Part shown: in pieces, positions 53,101 through 64,000 of the stretch
Position numbering within the stretch: position 1 is the stretch's first letter
How the letters are laid out: each line of letters opens with the position of its first letter
NCBI GenBank assembly: GCA_973895155.1
Contig: OZ316894.1
Coordinates: 22,415,867 to 22,479,866, forward strand
Source of the DNA: Marsupella aquatica
Taxonomy: Eukaryota > Plantae > Marchantiophyta
Direction: 5' to 3'
Length of the DNA: 64,000 bases
The notes under the pieces: generated by a model
Seen by the model: only the letters and a program-made list of their open reading frames with translations
What the model was told of the DNA's origin: nothing
Databases searched by the model: none
Made by a program: the position numbers and the translations under genes

Positions 53101-54146
53101 TGAAATCCTACTATCGTAAGACACAATGTTTTAGGGAATTAGTGCAGTAACCGAATTGGCCTAAAATGAGCCTTTATTATTCACACCATTCAGTGATGTT
53201 GACTATTAAGTCCCATTTTTGTCGCGTTTGCTAGCTTTTCAGAGCCGTGTTCGTTTGAACTTTAATCCGGTATTCCCTGACCAGCTCCTTCTAACGTGGC
53301 GTGTAATGGAGTAGTCTATCGTGAGATGACCATTTGTTGGAAATAAATGTTTCTTTCTAACAGGTAAATGGAGGTCGAGAGGGCAGGCCCATTGGAGCGT
53401 ATGAACTCGCTAAGGCAGTGGAGGATTTGGGTGCTGGGGAGATTCTTTTAAACTGTATTGATTGTGATGGTAAGGCTCGGGAACTTGTTGGCGTGATGAC
53501 ATCGAGTAGTTTCTTAAATCACGTTGACAAGAATTTTCTTCTGAGTTTCGAATAGACATGTATAAACCATAAACTAGTCCCTGCCAAAAAGAAGTATCGG
53601 CATCAAGTGCAAACGCTAAGCGTGTTGGTGTATAAACAGTTAGTTGCCATCAGGACAGAAGAAGCCAGGTACGATGTACTAATTTTTGTTTTCATACTCC
53701 ATTTCTTGTCTACCAGGTGAAGGAAAAGGATTCGACCTGGATTTGGTGTCATTGGTCTCAGATGCGGTTAGTCTGCCTGTAATTGCTAGCAGTGGTGCAG
53801 GGAAGGAACAGCACTTTTCTGAAGTTTTCCACCGGACCCGAGCTTCCGCTGCACTGGCAGCTGGGATCTTCCATAGACAAGAGGTATCGTTACCTGACTG
53901 TTCCTGGGACTGCTGAGGTTTGGTTTTGCTAGAAAACGAGTTATTGCCCATTTTGATAGACTTGCAATATATGATTTTATGGGAAATGTATATGTCATCG
54001 TCATTTTTGCTCAGGAACTACAAATCCTAATGGAAATGCTCCGGAACTGATGATATGCTCTTGTGGGTTTTCTTTTGCCACAGGTTTCCATTTCTGCTGT
54101 TAAGGACCACTTGGTGGATGCTGGAGTGGAGATGAGGATGATATAA
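47139..54146 (+). CDS. HISN4: Bifunctional imidazole glycerol phosphate synthase HisHF, plastid-targeted; 19 exons (47139-47343, 47548-47630, 48004-48098, 48279-48382, 48636-48805, 49080-49194, 49471-49529, 50753-50812, 50938-51033, 51182-51244, 51443-51505, 51693-51775, 52011-52119, 52282-52335, 52684-52771, 53016-53053, 53364-53469, 53717-53883, 54084-54146)
   Basis: Transit-like N-terminus. GATase half: [48 protein letters not shown]. Cyclase half: [81 protein letters not shown]. Confidence 0.97.
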
Positions 54147-54914
54147 TGACCTCCCCATGTTCATGTGTATCCCTGTAAGTGAAATACTATGATAGGGATT
54201 GAAATTTTGCAGCACCCCACTCAAATTTTGTCTTGTAGGACATCTCGACCTTTTAACTGAGACAAGTAGTTGTGCCTTGCTCTGAGTAGGAAGGCCCATG
54301 CAGCCAGGCACAGAGATACCTTTTCGCACGGATTTATGTTACTGTCCATGGCAATGAGTAAAGTTTTGTTGGGGTGGAATCGTGTACTTTGTACTCACAG
54401 CTAGGTATGAGCTCCTAAATCATGGCCTGTAAATTTGTTCAATTCCAAGGAAATGGGAATGAATTTTCGATTTCAAGCTCTGGCGAGTGGTGCATCCTTA
54501 CAGTACTGCTGTCTGTGACTCCATTGGTACATATATCAACTTCCTGGCGACTGTATACTTGAAAATGATCCAATGTAATCCTCAAGTTCCCAAGGAAGCC
54601 AACTTATTCGACTTGGCTGAGATCTTGGAGATCTTGCCCAAGAGCCCAAGATTTATGGAGATTCAAGGGCCAAGCCCATCCACTCCCGAGTGGAAACTTG
54701 AGAGTTACTATGAAGTAACAAAGGGCTAAGATATTGTGCAAGATTCTTGAAGCTCAAAGGGCCAAGCCCATTCACTCCAAGTAGAAACTTGAGAGTTGCT
54801 CTGCAGTAATGAAGGGTTGCGATTTTGCCCAGATTCTTGAAGATTAAACTGCCAAGCCCATCCACTCCCAAGTATTAACTTGAGAGTTGCTTTGAAGTAA
54901 TGAAGGGCTCAAAC

Positions 54915-55710
54915 CAGCCTCTTTTTTTGGTGTGTGAAAATTTGTCAAAAACTTAGCTAGAAAAGGGGCTGAATAACAATCCTCAGGGTAAATTCTGGAA
55001 AAAATGGCAGTTGTTTGCTACATCAGGATGAAGGCCTGGTATCATTCCCCAGCAAGCCCTAGGCAAGATAAGGATTGTTTGCCTGATGCTCATTACCATG
55101 CAATGTACATAGTTGCCAGTAATTGACAATGAGCTGGCAGAGTTTTCCCAAGAATGAGCTAGCGGAGCCAAGAAGTTTTCCCAATAAGTTAATTTCAAAT
55201 GTCACTTTTAAGTTCACTTCCCTCCCTTGAGTACTAAGAACTAACAGCTCACAAGTGACCTTGGAGCCACTTTCTTGAACTTTCCATTGTGGACTTTATT
55301 TTTGAGATACTTTAACTTTCTTGGACTTTTTATTCCACCTTATCTTCCAGTTTCATGAGTCATTTTCCATTATACTTATGTTGTTTGGAGAACACTTTGT
55401 CTGGTGAACGTGCACTAGAGTACTGAGTACTTTCTTAATTTCAGCAATGGCACCACCATTGAATGGCATGTTGAAATATCTATTCTGTAGTAGGGCTCTA
55501 TATCCAAAGGCTGGAAGAAGGACTTCTGGCCTCGGTGAATCATTTGCAACATGAGCACACTGCTAAACTTTGGGATTAGCCAGGAACATATCCTACCCAG
55601 AGACTATTGGCTGCAACCCAAAACTGATGAAGTAGCCAACTTTCCTTACTTCAGAGGCCAGTAGGGAGCCACCTTGGCCAAATTTTTTAAATACAGAAAA
55701 AAACAGGCTG
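54915..55710. mobile_element. hAT-like MITE (~796 bp) inserted in the satellite
   Basis: TIRs cagcctctttttttgg...aaaatttgtcaa vs ttggccaaatttttt...gaaaaaaacaggctg; CAG/CTG ends; 8-bp TSD gctcaaac / gctcagat (6 of 8 match) within a satellite unit. Confidence 0.72.
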
Positions 55711-56268
55711 GCTCAGATTTTACTCAAGATTCTTGAAGATTAAAGTGCCAAGCCCATCTGCTCTCAAATATTAACCCGAGAGTTGCTTTGATGTAATAAT
55801 GGGCTCAGACATTACTCAATATTCTTGAAGATTAAGAGCCAAGCCCATCCACTCCCAAGTACTAAGTTGAGAGTTGCTTTGAAGTAATGAAGGGCTCAGA
55901 TATTATTCAAGTTTCTTGAAAATTAAAGGGCCAAGCCCATCCACTCCCAGGTATTAATTTGAGAGTTGCTTTTCAAGGAACAAAGGACTCACACATTGCT
56001 AAAGATTCTTTGACCATTTAAAGGGCCAAGCCCATCCACTCCCAAGTATGAACTTGAGAGTTGCTTTTACTGAACAAATGGCTCAAACATTGCACAAGAT
56101 TCTTGAATAATAAAGAGCCAAGCCCATCCAAGTGGAAAATTTGAGAGTTGTTTTGAAGTAACAAATGGTTCAGACATAGTGCAAGATTCTTGAATATTAA
56201 AGGGCCCAAGCCCATCCACTCCTGAGTACAAACTTGAGACATCTTATTTATAAAGCCCCAACTGTAAG

Positions 56269-56929
56269 CTAGTGTTGTGGCCTAGGCTTCTAGAGTGAAG
56301 CCTCTATACATGATAATCATGTATTTTTTTTGTTATGATTTCTATTTGCATTAAAAAATGTGCTCTATGCCCCCACCATAACATATGTGCATATATGTTA
56401 TGAATGATTATTAAAATGATGACATGCATGATAGTTGTTTTGATAGTGCATAGAATTTGACTATGTGAGTAAGGTATATTTTTAACCAATTGGCTTAAGT
56501 CAATTGGCTAGGGGATTTGCCTGGAACTGAGAGGTCCCATTTCAATCCCCCCTCCACACACGGGGGGGTGTGGAGGATATATGTGTGTGGGTGGGATGGG
56601 TTTTGTGGGTAGTGGATTGGAGTTCTGATTATCTACTTGGCCCCTGGTCATCCACTTTGTGGCCCTGATTTAATCCTCTCTCCTTCCTGGTGCGGGTCCC
56701 TATCGGATCCGTTGGGGCTCACCCTGGTCTAGGTTCCCTACAAAAAAACTGTCACATTGGGATGGGGGGAGTCTAATTGTATTTCCTCCCCATTTCCGTC
56801 CAAGACAAAAAAAAAGAGGGAGTCTAATTGTATTTCCTCCCCATTTCCGTCCAAGACAAAAAAAAAGAGTAAGGTATATTTTGGTGATATTTTTATTGGT
56901 CTCCCCTCTATTGGTGTTCAAAGAAGAGA
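56269..56929 (-). mobile_element. Possible non-autonomous Helitron-like insertion
   Basis: The minus strand starts A|TCTCTTCT at 56929 and ends with hairpin AGGCTTC-actcta-GAAGCCT, 11 nt, then CTAG (56269-56272). The base after CTAG is C rather than the canonical T. Confidence 0.4.
56483..56866 (+). mobile_element. tRNA-derived SINE-like retroposon (384 bp) with 16-bp TSD
   Basis: Perfect TSD gagtaaggtatatttt at 56467-56482 and 56867-56882. The 5' head has A-box-like tggcttaagtcaattgg and B-box-like gaggtcccatttcaatccc. The 3' end is a duplicated 51-bp unit, each copy ending in an A run. Confidence 0.8.
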
Positions 56930-58282
56930 TAATCGGGCCTAGTGCTTTGAATGAACGAAGGGCTCACACATTGCCCAAGATTCTTGAAGGATTCAAGGGC
57001 TCAGCTCTTATTAAAGGGTTGAGACGTTGCCCAAGATTCTCGGAGATTCGAGGGCAAAGCTCTTTGAGGGCCCATGGAACCGATGGATCCGAACCCTTAC
57101 TTGCCAGATTTTGAATTTACGCCAACCCCGCCTTTTGTTTCATTCCTTTCGTCAGTTGCTCTCGACGTTTTTGCTTCACCGCTTGAGTATGTTCAGTTCT
57201 TTTCTGCTCCTCGTGAAGCTCCTCTCGTATCTACGGAACACATTTGCATCACGGGTAGTTGAGACGGCCATTTGGTGATCGTTGTCAATACACGTGAGCG
57301 TAAAGATTGCCTTGACGGTAGAGGAAATTTGATGGAACATCATTCTGTACCGGAATTGGCGACAGCAAATATGCATCGAGTGGATTGCTTGTTCAATCTT
57401 TGATGGGAAAGTCCTCACGTTTAAGCCTCGAAGAAGGTGAAAGTTGAGATCGGTGGGTGGCTGTAGTTGTTGGTGGACTTCAGATTTAGAAGGGACGAAA
57501 GGTTCCGGCGACGACGTCAAAGGTGGAGATGACTTTTGAAACTACATCACTATGGATACAGCACCGCCGAAAGAAGAGGTCAGTCCTCTGCAAAGAACTC
57601 CGTGGCATGCATAATGCACGAGATTTGAATGTCCGTTTGAGTTTTTTTAGAACCTCCTGGCTAGATGTGATTGTCTCCGACGTTTCATGCCACTGTCTAG
57701 GGGGCGAATGGCCCGGTATACGTCATGAATTTCAAATTTAATTTTACATTTTCTTGGTGCTCTCTACCTTTAATTCGCGTTGGCTGAACGGTGTGGACGC
57801 GGAGGAGCATGTTTAGAGCAGTTGAGTGTAGTAGTCGTGAGGTTTCCACACTACGTCGACCTGATTCAATCTCATTCTTTATCCGAGCCGAGTTGTCGTG
57901 ATTGTTTCGGTGTTCTGTGAGAATTGGTGTTCTGTGATGATTCATGTCTGGTACTGTGTCCGCATTCTCTCCAGGTTTCCAAAGTGATTGACTCGAATGG
58001 ACCAAAACTATAGAATCCGTGTAGAGGGGATCGGTTTACTATTGTCGGACCTGGGAGTTGCTTTGATCAGCTTCTGCGGCGGAAGGTTACAAGAGCGGAA
58101 TTTATTGCCATTTGCGTCAGTTTTCAACGGTCGGAATTGGTGAGGAGAGGAGAGAATAGAGGTGGAGCAGGGCCAAGTTGAGCTGAGCTGCTAGCGTTGC
58201 CGCCGGCATGCAAGGGAGTGGAGTGTTTCTTGGATTGCACCGAGTGGAGTGAGATTTGCATCGCGCAGGGAAGTTGAAAGTC

Positions 58283-60187
58283 ATGACGAGGAAGAAGCAG
58301 GTCAATGCCAGCAGCATTAAAGAGAGGCCAAGGAGGGGAGCAGCAGCATCGACTCCAAATATTTTGCAGTCCCCTGTTTTAAATATACTCCCGGATCCGG
58401 ACTTCACATCAGCTGGAGCTCCTTCTTCGTCACGGGAACAAGCTTCGGTCGTTGAAGAGCGTAAGGTGTTCTGTTCTGCACAATTTAATGTCCCCCCTCC
58501 AGCCCGTTTCGAAGCTCCGGTGTTTGACACGAAACCCGTTGTGAAGGGGTTGGCGGAGCATCAATCGAAGCTGAGAATCTTGCAGCAGGTGTGCGATGCC
58601 ATCGATGCCGAAGGTATTCTTCCCTCTCTCCCTGCCTCTGTCTGTGGGAACCTCAAGTTTCCTGCCTTGAGCACCACTGGTTTCTTGCAATACACTACTG
58701 CAGTTGTAAAGCATGCCAATGAACTCAACTCCCTCCTTTCCTTGTGTCGTCCCAAAGTCCGCTGGGATCAAGTGAAGTTGTGCATAAATCCACGCTGTTA
58801 TTTTCTCTCCAGAAGAAAACGAGCACAGCTTGAGTTCTTTCCGTCAGACGGTCAGTCGTGTTACATTATATTCCGTGTTTCGAGGACGCAGAACACAGTT
58901 TCTTGGTAAATTGCACTTACATCTTATATTGCTAGTCTTGGTATGACTTACAGATGGCTTGTTTTAACATGGCATAAAATCTGTGACGTGGAAAGCAGTT
59001 AGGTCGAGGTCTGCGACCATCAGGGCCCTGGCAGCAGCACAGGTTGCGTCATCAAAGCCGCAATTAGACTTGCAGATATCGGAATTTTCCACTGAAGAGC
59101 TGAATACGCCCTTAGAAGAGTACTTGAAAACTTGCCCTGGCATCACGGCAGTGAGAAGTGCTGATGGGACTATTCAGCTGCAAAAGCGTTCATCTCCTTA
59201 CCCAAAATTAGAAGAAAGCAAGAGAAATCTGCAGGATCTGTTGACTAAAGCTAAGGACGGTGCATCGAAGGGGACAAACTCTTTGTTGTTCACCCCATGC
59301 GCAGAATCAAAGTTAGCTGGTACGCTTACATAACTTGCTTTCTCTCCAGCATTCCACTTTTCGGCACTTTCCCATTCCACCTCAAGAAATTTTCTGTCGC
59401 TGGCATTTTCTTTTCAGTTGTCATCTTACCATTTTGAATGCTACTTCCTTGGCAGCCACTGCATCTGTTCCCAGTCCGCACGAGCTACAGGAGGTAAAAG
59501 TTGCCAAGTCTCACAAAATCCGGGCAAGACTCTTTGTTTCCTAGAATTTAGAACTTCTTGATTTTTCATCGTGTTTCGACGCTTTATGTGCATTCTTGAG
59601 TACATAAGGAGCACTCATGTGTCCCGTTTACACATTCTGATGCAGAACTTAGTTGGTGAAGAGCTCAGTTGGCCTGAGTACTGTATGCGGCTGCAAAGTT
59701 TGGGCTTTAATGCTGGGCTTACTCCTTGCTTGGGAAGTCATAACAAGTTTAACACTCCAATGGTATGGCATCTCCTTGGGTCAATATTGTTCTCTGCCTC
59801 CCGAAGCAAATTTTCTGTGAGTTGCTAATAAGGTCTTCAGCTTGTTCGATTTCAGATTTTCAAAGGTGGTCTAATGACTGGTGTAACACCAAAGACACTC
59901 AGACTACCTAAGCCTGGAGAAAGTATGCTTTCAATCAATGGTTCACCACTGGGACAATTTGGGAAAACACCCGCATCTGCAGGTATGGAACAAACTGACC
60001 AATGATATTAACAAAATACATGATTCCACAGCACGGTAGTCCTCCTTATCATGTTTTGGGAAGAGTCGGGAAATTTGAAGTCCTTGATCAATTCATTCAA
60101 AGTGTTTGGTCTTCAGGGGGCACCACCAGGATAACACGAACAAAGTCAAGGATGGCATCTTCCAAGAGATCTCTGAGGGACCTTTGA
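58283..60187 (+). CDS. BORR: Borealin-related (chromosomal passenger complex) protein; tentative exons 58283-58850, 58999-59319, 59456-59493, 59646-59762, 59856-59982, 60117-60187
   Basis: The C-terminal GVTPKTLRLPKPGESMLSINGSPLG matches the plant Borealin signature as I recall it. The upstream helix RSATIRALAAAQV...L....FSTEELNTP.E.Y resembles its N-terminal helix. Internal exon phases are consistent; the first and last junctions are uncertain. Confidence 0.75.
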
Positions 60188-61883
60188 TGTCTACACGGAA
60201 GTAACATATTACGAACTCGATAATCTGAACTTGGATTGGAAATTTTTAAAAGTCTGGTCTTTCTTCCCGGTGGAAACAACCAACGAAACGGAGGGTGCCT
60301 AAGCTGGCTGGTGACCAACTGCGACTGACTGCGAATCATGGCAGGACAAAGAATCTGGACTTCATTCATGATTGCGTGGCTCTAAGCCGTTTACCATATG
60401 CTAGACAGTGCAGCCTTACCATCTTCCCTATATATCGATCGTTAAGTCTTTTGGCCACAACATGCCAGTCATGTACGAATACATAAATTATGATGATAAG
60501 GTCCCCCTACTACGCATCCATAGTCATTAGCTTCCTTGCCTTGGTTCCATTTCGGTTAGAGTCTTACCACCAAAGGAAGCTGTTTAAATAATTCGAACTT
60601 GGTTTTGTAGTCAGAATAATTCGTGTTTTCTTTTGGAAGAGTGACAGGCAGACATCAGCGATGTATCTGTGCTATACTGCCTAAATCCGAAGCCCAGGGG
60701 GCATTTTGCCATGCTTATGAGGAGTCCGGAGCCGATCACCGACCTATCCAACTCAGTTCAGCTTCCTATCCTACCTCACTTCGCGTTTAACGGTGTACGA
60801 GACTCATGCGAGCGAACACCGGCAAACCTTGCATTAGACTAGTGGCAAACGCCAAATTCCAGTCAGATGAGCAACTCAGTGTCAATGGTGTGTTGCTGTA
60901 ATATGCTACCATTCCAAGAAAGACGAATTATGTAGATGAGAGATTATTTCGCTTTGTGGTGAAGTTTGTAACTTTATCCGTCTCTAAAGTCAAGCAGCGT
61001 TTACTTAGTTCGATGAACGGACTTGTGAAAATGCCTGGATGGATAGTTGCAGTTGAATCTGTCTTTCACTACACATTCATAATAGTACGTTTGATGTATT
61101 TTTCGTTATCCTCTCACTTCGGGAAATCTGTGATTAATCCTTTGCTATTGACGTTTCCATAAACCTTATGAGCCTCATGACACAACCTAAGAATATTGTT
61201 GAAGTGCAATGTTAATGCCATTTGTCTTCGTCTTCTTGTCCACGAATACAGCACTTTTGCAGGCGGCACCGACATTTCGTTGATTCAACTTACCTATTCC
61301 GCTAGATTTCGCCTGCCATATTAGCATCATAAGGGAGTGGGAATGCTTATTGGTCGAACGGTCCCTCCGTATGGAAATACGCAGATATCAACGAAGTTTT
61401 TGAAGGCAGGGCGAGTTGTTTCTCTCTAGGATATCAGGGGTCAACTAAGCTGCATTGCGCTCAGTGCCGTCGTGCGAAGACACGAGGACACGCCTCAGGT
61501 TAGTCTTGCCGAATAAGTCATTTGCACCCTTTGCTCTGAAGGAATTAGTGAAAATGCTATGTTCAGGTAGACGAGATACAGCTTAAGTTTAATGACGCCA
61601 GACTCGATGAACTCTGTATAGACTTCCTAACATCTTTTAGAAGTAAAGAATTTGCGAGGGGGTCAGATGTATAGTTTACTAGATGCGGCTTGCGCCTAGT
61701 TTTCAAGTTACGCGTTCAACATAAAGCTTACATTACCAGTGTCCATCCGCAACAAGGGAGGACCATTTTGGTGAACTGAGATAGCTGTCGTCGCTTCAAG
61801 AAGTACCTCGAGGAGTTTACGAAACTGCCTCGACGGATTCACAGTCGATGTGAACTTCGCAGGCATTTTTACAAACTAGTGTG

Positions 61884-63224
61884 CTAATCTACTGTATCCG
61901 CAGTGATTACAGCCTCCGCAACTGCAGCTGCAACAATTTCAGCTTTCTTACTTATACCCGTAGAACCGAAGCCGCTGGCACCCCTGTCAGTCGACTCCAA
62001 AGAATCAACTTCAATCACCTCTGGAGTGGCGATTTTCTCCAGAACAAGCTGCGCGATTCTATCACCTTCCTTGATGTTGAAATCTGTATCCGAGTGGTTA
62101 AAGAGGATAACCGCCACAGGTCCTCTGTAGTCGTAGTCAATGACTCCAGCGCCTACGTCAATGGAATGCTTCCAAGCCAACCCTGATCTTGGAGCTGTAA
62201 CATCACAACAGAAAAGGCACTCAGTCGACGCTCAGACAAGTATACAAAGATTCAAGACTACGAGAAGTGTGCGAAGAGATGTATTCACGAAATCCTCGCC
62301 TTGTGGACCACCGAGAAGGACAAAGCAAAGACCTGGAAAGGCTTGATAGCGGACTTCATGCGGTGGTAGAAATTAAAAACCCAATCTGGATTGAGAACTA
62401 TCTACGTAGTGCTGTAGAATTGAGCGCAAAACATGTGTGCAACAGCAGTTCCTATCATCCAAGCACATCCAGAGATCACCAGCCACCTGAGACCTTGACG
62501 AGGTAGAAGAACAGTAAAACCAATTCCACTCTCGTAGCCAGTTCAAACAGATGGAAATCATCGCTTACCAATACGTGCATAGGTGCCTTCTGGAATCGCT
62601 ATAGATAGTTCTGTCTTTACGAGAGCTTTCCCGCGAGCCGGAACTATCGCCTTATAAGCACTGCATCATCCAGGACCAACACAGAACAGGGGCCAAGAAG
62701 ACCAAAGGAAGCTGAGTCAGCCACTACCTCTGGGGATCTACTTTGCAAATCGCTTTGTACAATCACCGACTGACCGTTAGGGAGCCAGTGATCACATCGC
62801 TTTTGGCTTTGAAAGTAGGAGAAGAGAGAAACCTCGAAGAATAGTTACTATCATGAAAAGCATGCAAATGCAGCATTCCCTCCATCCTAAACAGTCCAAC
62901 ACTTCACAACTGCATCTCCGCTTCAGTACACCTCAGGCATTGCACAGCAAATGTAGGACGATGGAAGGATACCGAGGTGAAGAAGAGAACAGACCTGGAC
63001 AAATCGTAGCCTGCAGCGTGCTCCGACCCTCTGCTTGGCAGAACAGCTTCAGGAGCAAGCTTCTTGACACGGAGGGTCCCTATGGCGTTTTCACCGTTGG
63101 AACAAGCAGCAGCCACCACTACTTTTTGCTCTATAATTTGCTTCTTCAACAGAGGCTCTTGCGGCTCTTCCTGCTCCGAACCGTCTGTTCTGCTATCATC
63201 GCTTCCACTTTCTCCTCCCGCCAT
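61884..63224 (-). CDS. DUT: dUTP pyrophosphatase (dUTPase), ~210 aa; exons 63224-62995, 62660-62569, 62194-61884
   Basis: All five motifs are present: [43 protein letters not shown] introns in phase; in-frame TGA just upstream of the ATG. Confidence 0.96.
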
Positions 63225-63533
63225 CTCTCAAAACCCTTCTCCTCTCCACTTACTTTCCTCCACCCTCCTCCTCTACTGCTCGTAGCAACTCTTCCGGTCA
63301 GCTCCTCTCTGACTCTTCGCGCGAAATGGAATGCCCACCACGCACACACAAAAATGTCACTGATTCGGAGTTCCAGAGGCAATTTACATAATCTTCACTT
63401 GGTCTATACTCTGAATTCCTTCGTTGCCCTCTGTCTCTCTCTCTCATTCAACAGCTTCTTCGACTGTCTCTCGCTCTGTCTCTCTCTCTCTCGTTCAACA
63501 GCTTCTTCGACTGACTCTCAAGCAGTTGAAATA

Positions 63534-63643
63534 CTCTTCGCGCTTCCCTCTCTCTTTCTCTCAAACAATTAAAATACTCCCTCTCGATCTCTTCGCGCTT
63601 CCCTCTCTCTTTCTCTCAAACAATTAAAATACTCCCTCTCGAT
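63534..63643. repeat. 55-bp tandem duplication in a CT-rich region upstream of dUTPase
   Basis: ctcttcgcgcttccctctctctttctctcaaacaattaaaatactccctctcgat occurs twice. Confidence 0.9.
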
Positions 63644-63965
63644 ATGCGCGAGCATTGTCTGTTCGATTTTCTTCCCTCTGTGCCCAAGCGGAGGTCATCA
63701 ATGCGGCTCCGGTCTGGTCTTTGTTTCCGTCATATGATTCCACATCTCGGTACTACACTCGCGGATTCAGTCACAGTTGAGACTTGCATCGATTTCACCG
63801 ATGAATCAATTAGAAACCCAAATCTGCGCCGCCGATTATTGCATGGAACTGTTTCCACAGAACCCAATTTGAATTGACAAACGGCGTATCGATTCGAATC
63901 GAATCCGCTGACCAAAAAATCAGGGGGCAAAGAGCTTAGAAAAGCGCGCGGAAAATCGGAAAAGC

Positions 63966-63973
63966 GCGGGAAA
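63966..63973 (-). promoter_or_regulatory. E2F consensus site TTTCCCGC upstream of dUTPase (second site TTTCGCGC at 63319-63326)
   Basis: Exact TTTSSCGC matches on the gene strand; a near-match lies at ~63946-63954. Confidence 0.55.
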
Positions 63974-64000
63974 GAGGTACCGTCGAGTTTTGCCTTTTTC

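Larger units (their letters stand above)
54620..57080. repeat. ~92-bp tandem satellite array (about 10-11 units in blocks ~54620-54914, ~55711-56240, ~56940-57080), split by insertions
   Basis: Unit caagattcttgaagattaaagggccaagcccatccactcccaagta..aacttgagagttgctttgaagtaatgaagggctca; the gccaagccca core recurs every ~87-94 bp. Confidence 0.92.

Noticed and set aside
56490-56555. tRNA gene
   Set aside because: Degenerate boxes and no convincing cloverleaf; better explained as a SINE head inside a TSD-flanked insert.
62853-63572. 239-aa plus-strand ORF
   Set aside because: Antisense to dUTPase exon 1 and running through CT-rich repeats; low-complexity translation.

Overview
Eukaryotic nuclear DNA from a land plant. 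Gene style suggests a non-seed lineage, possibly a bryophyte, but that is inference only. Six protein-coding genes could be modelled by hand: an NPH3/RPT2-like BTB protein (+, 4 exons), an intronless NXPE/PC-esterase-like SGNH membrane protein (-), a vacuolar-type GH32 acid invertase with the 9-nt DPN micro-exon (-, 6 exons), plastid HisHF/HISN4 (+, 19 exons), a Borealin-related gene (+), and a dUTPase (-, 3 exons). The intergenic DNA is rich in repeats: two fragments of CRE-like (RLE-type) non-LTR retrotransposons, an L1 3' fragment, two related 332-bp LTRs, a G-rich TIR element sitting next to an uninterrupted copy of its target, and a ~92-bp tandem array. That array is interrupted by a hAT-like MITE and by a Helitron-like segment, which itself carries a tRNA-like SINE with a 16-bp TSD. 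I see no clearly new multi-gene system. The best leads are the nested-insertion array, the intact stand-alone RLE-nuclease ORF, the G-quadruplex-rich TIR element, the NRL C-terminus lacking the usual phospho-Ser, and the unusual Borealin 5' structure. All gene models and family calls come from manual reading and recall of motifs; no searches were run.
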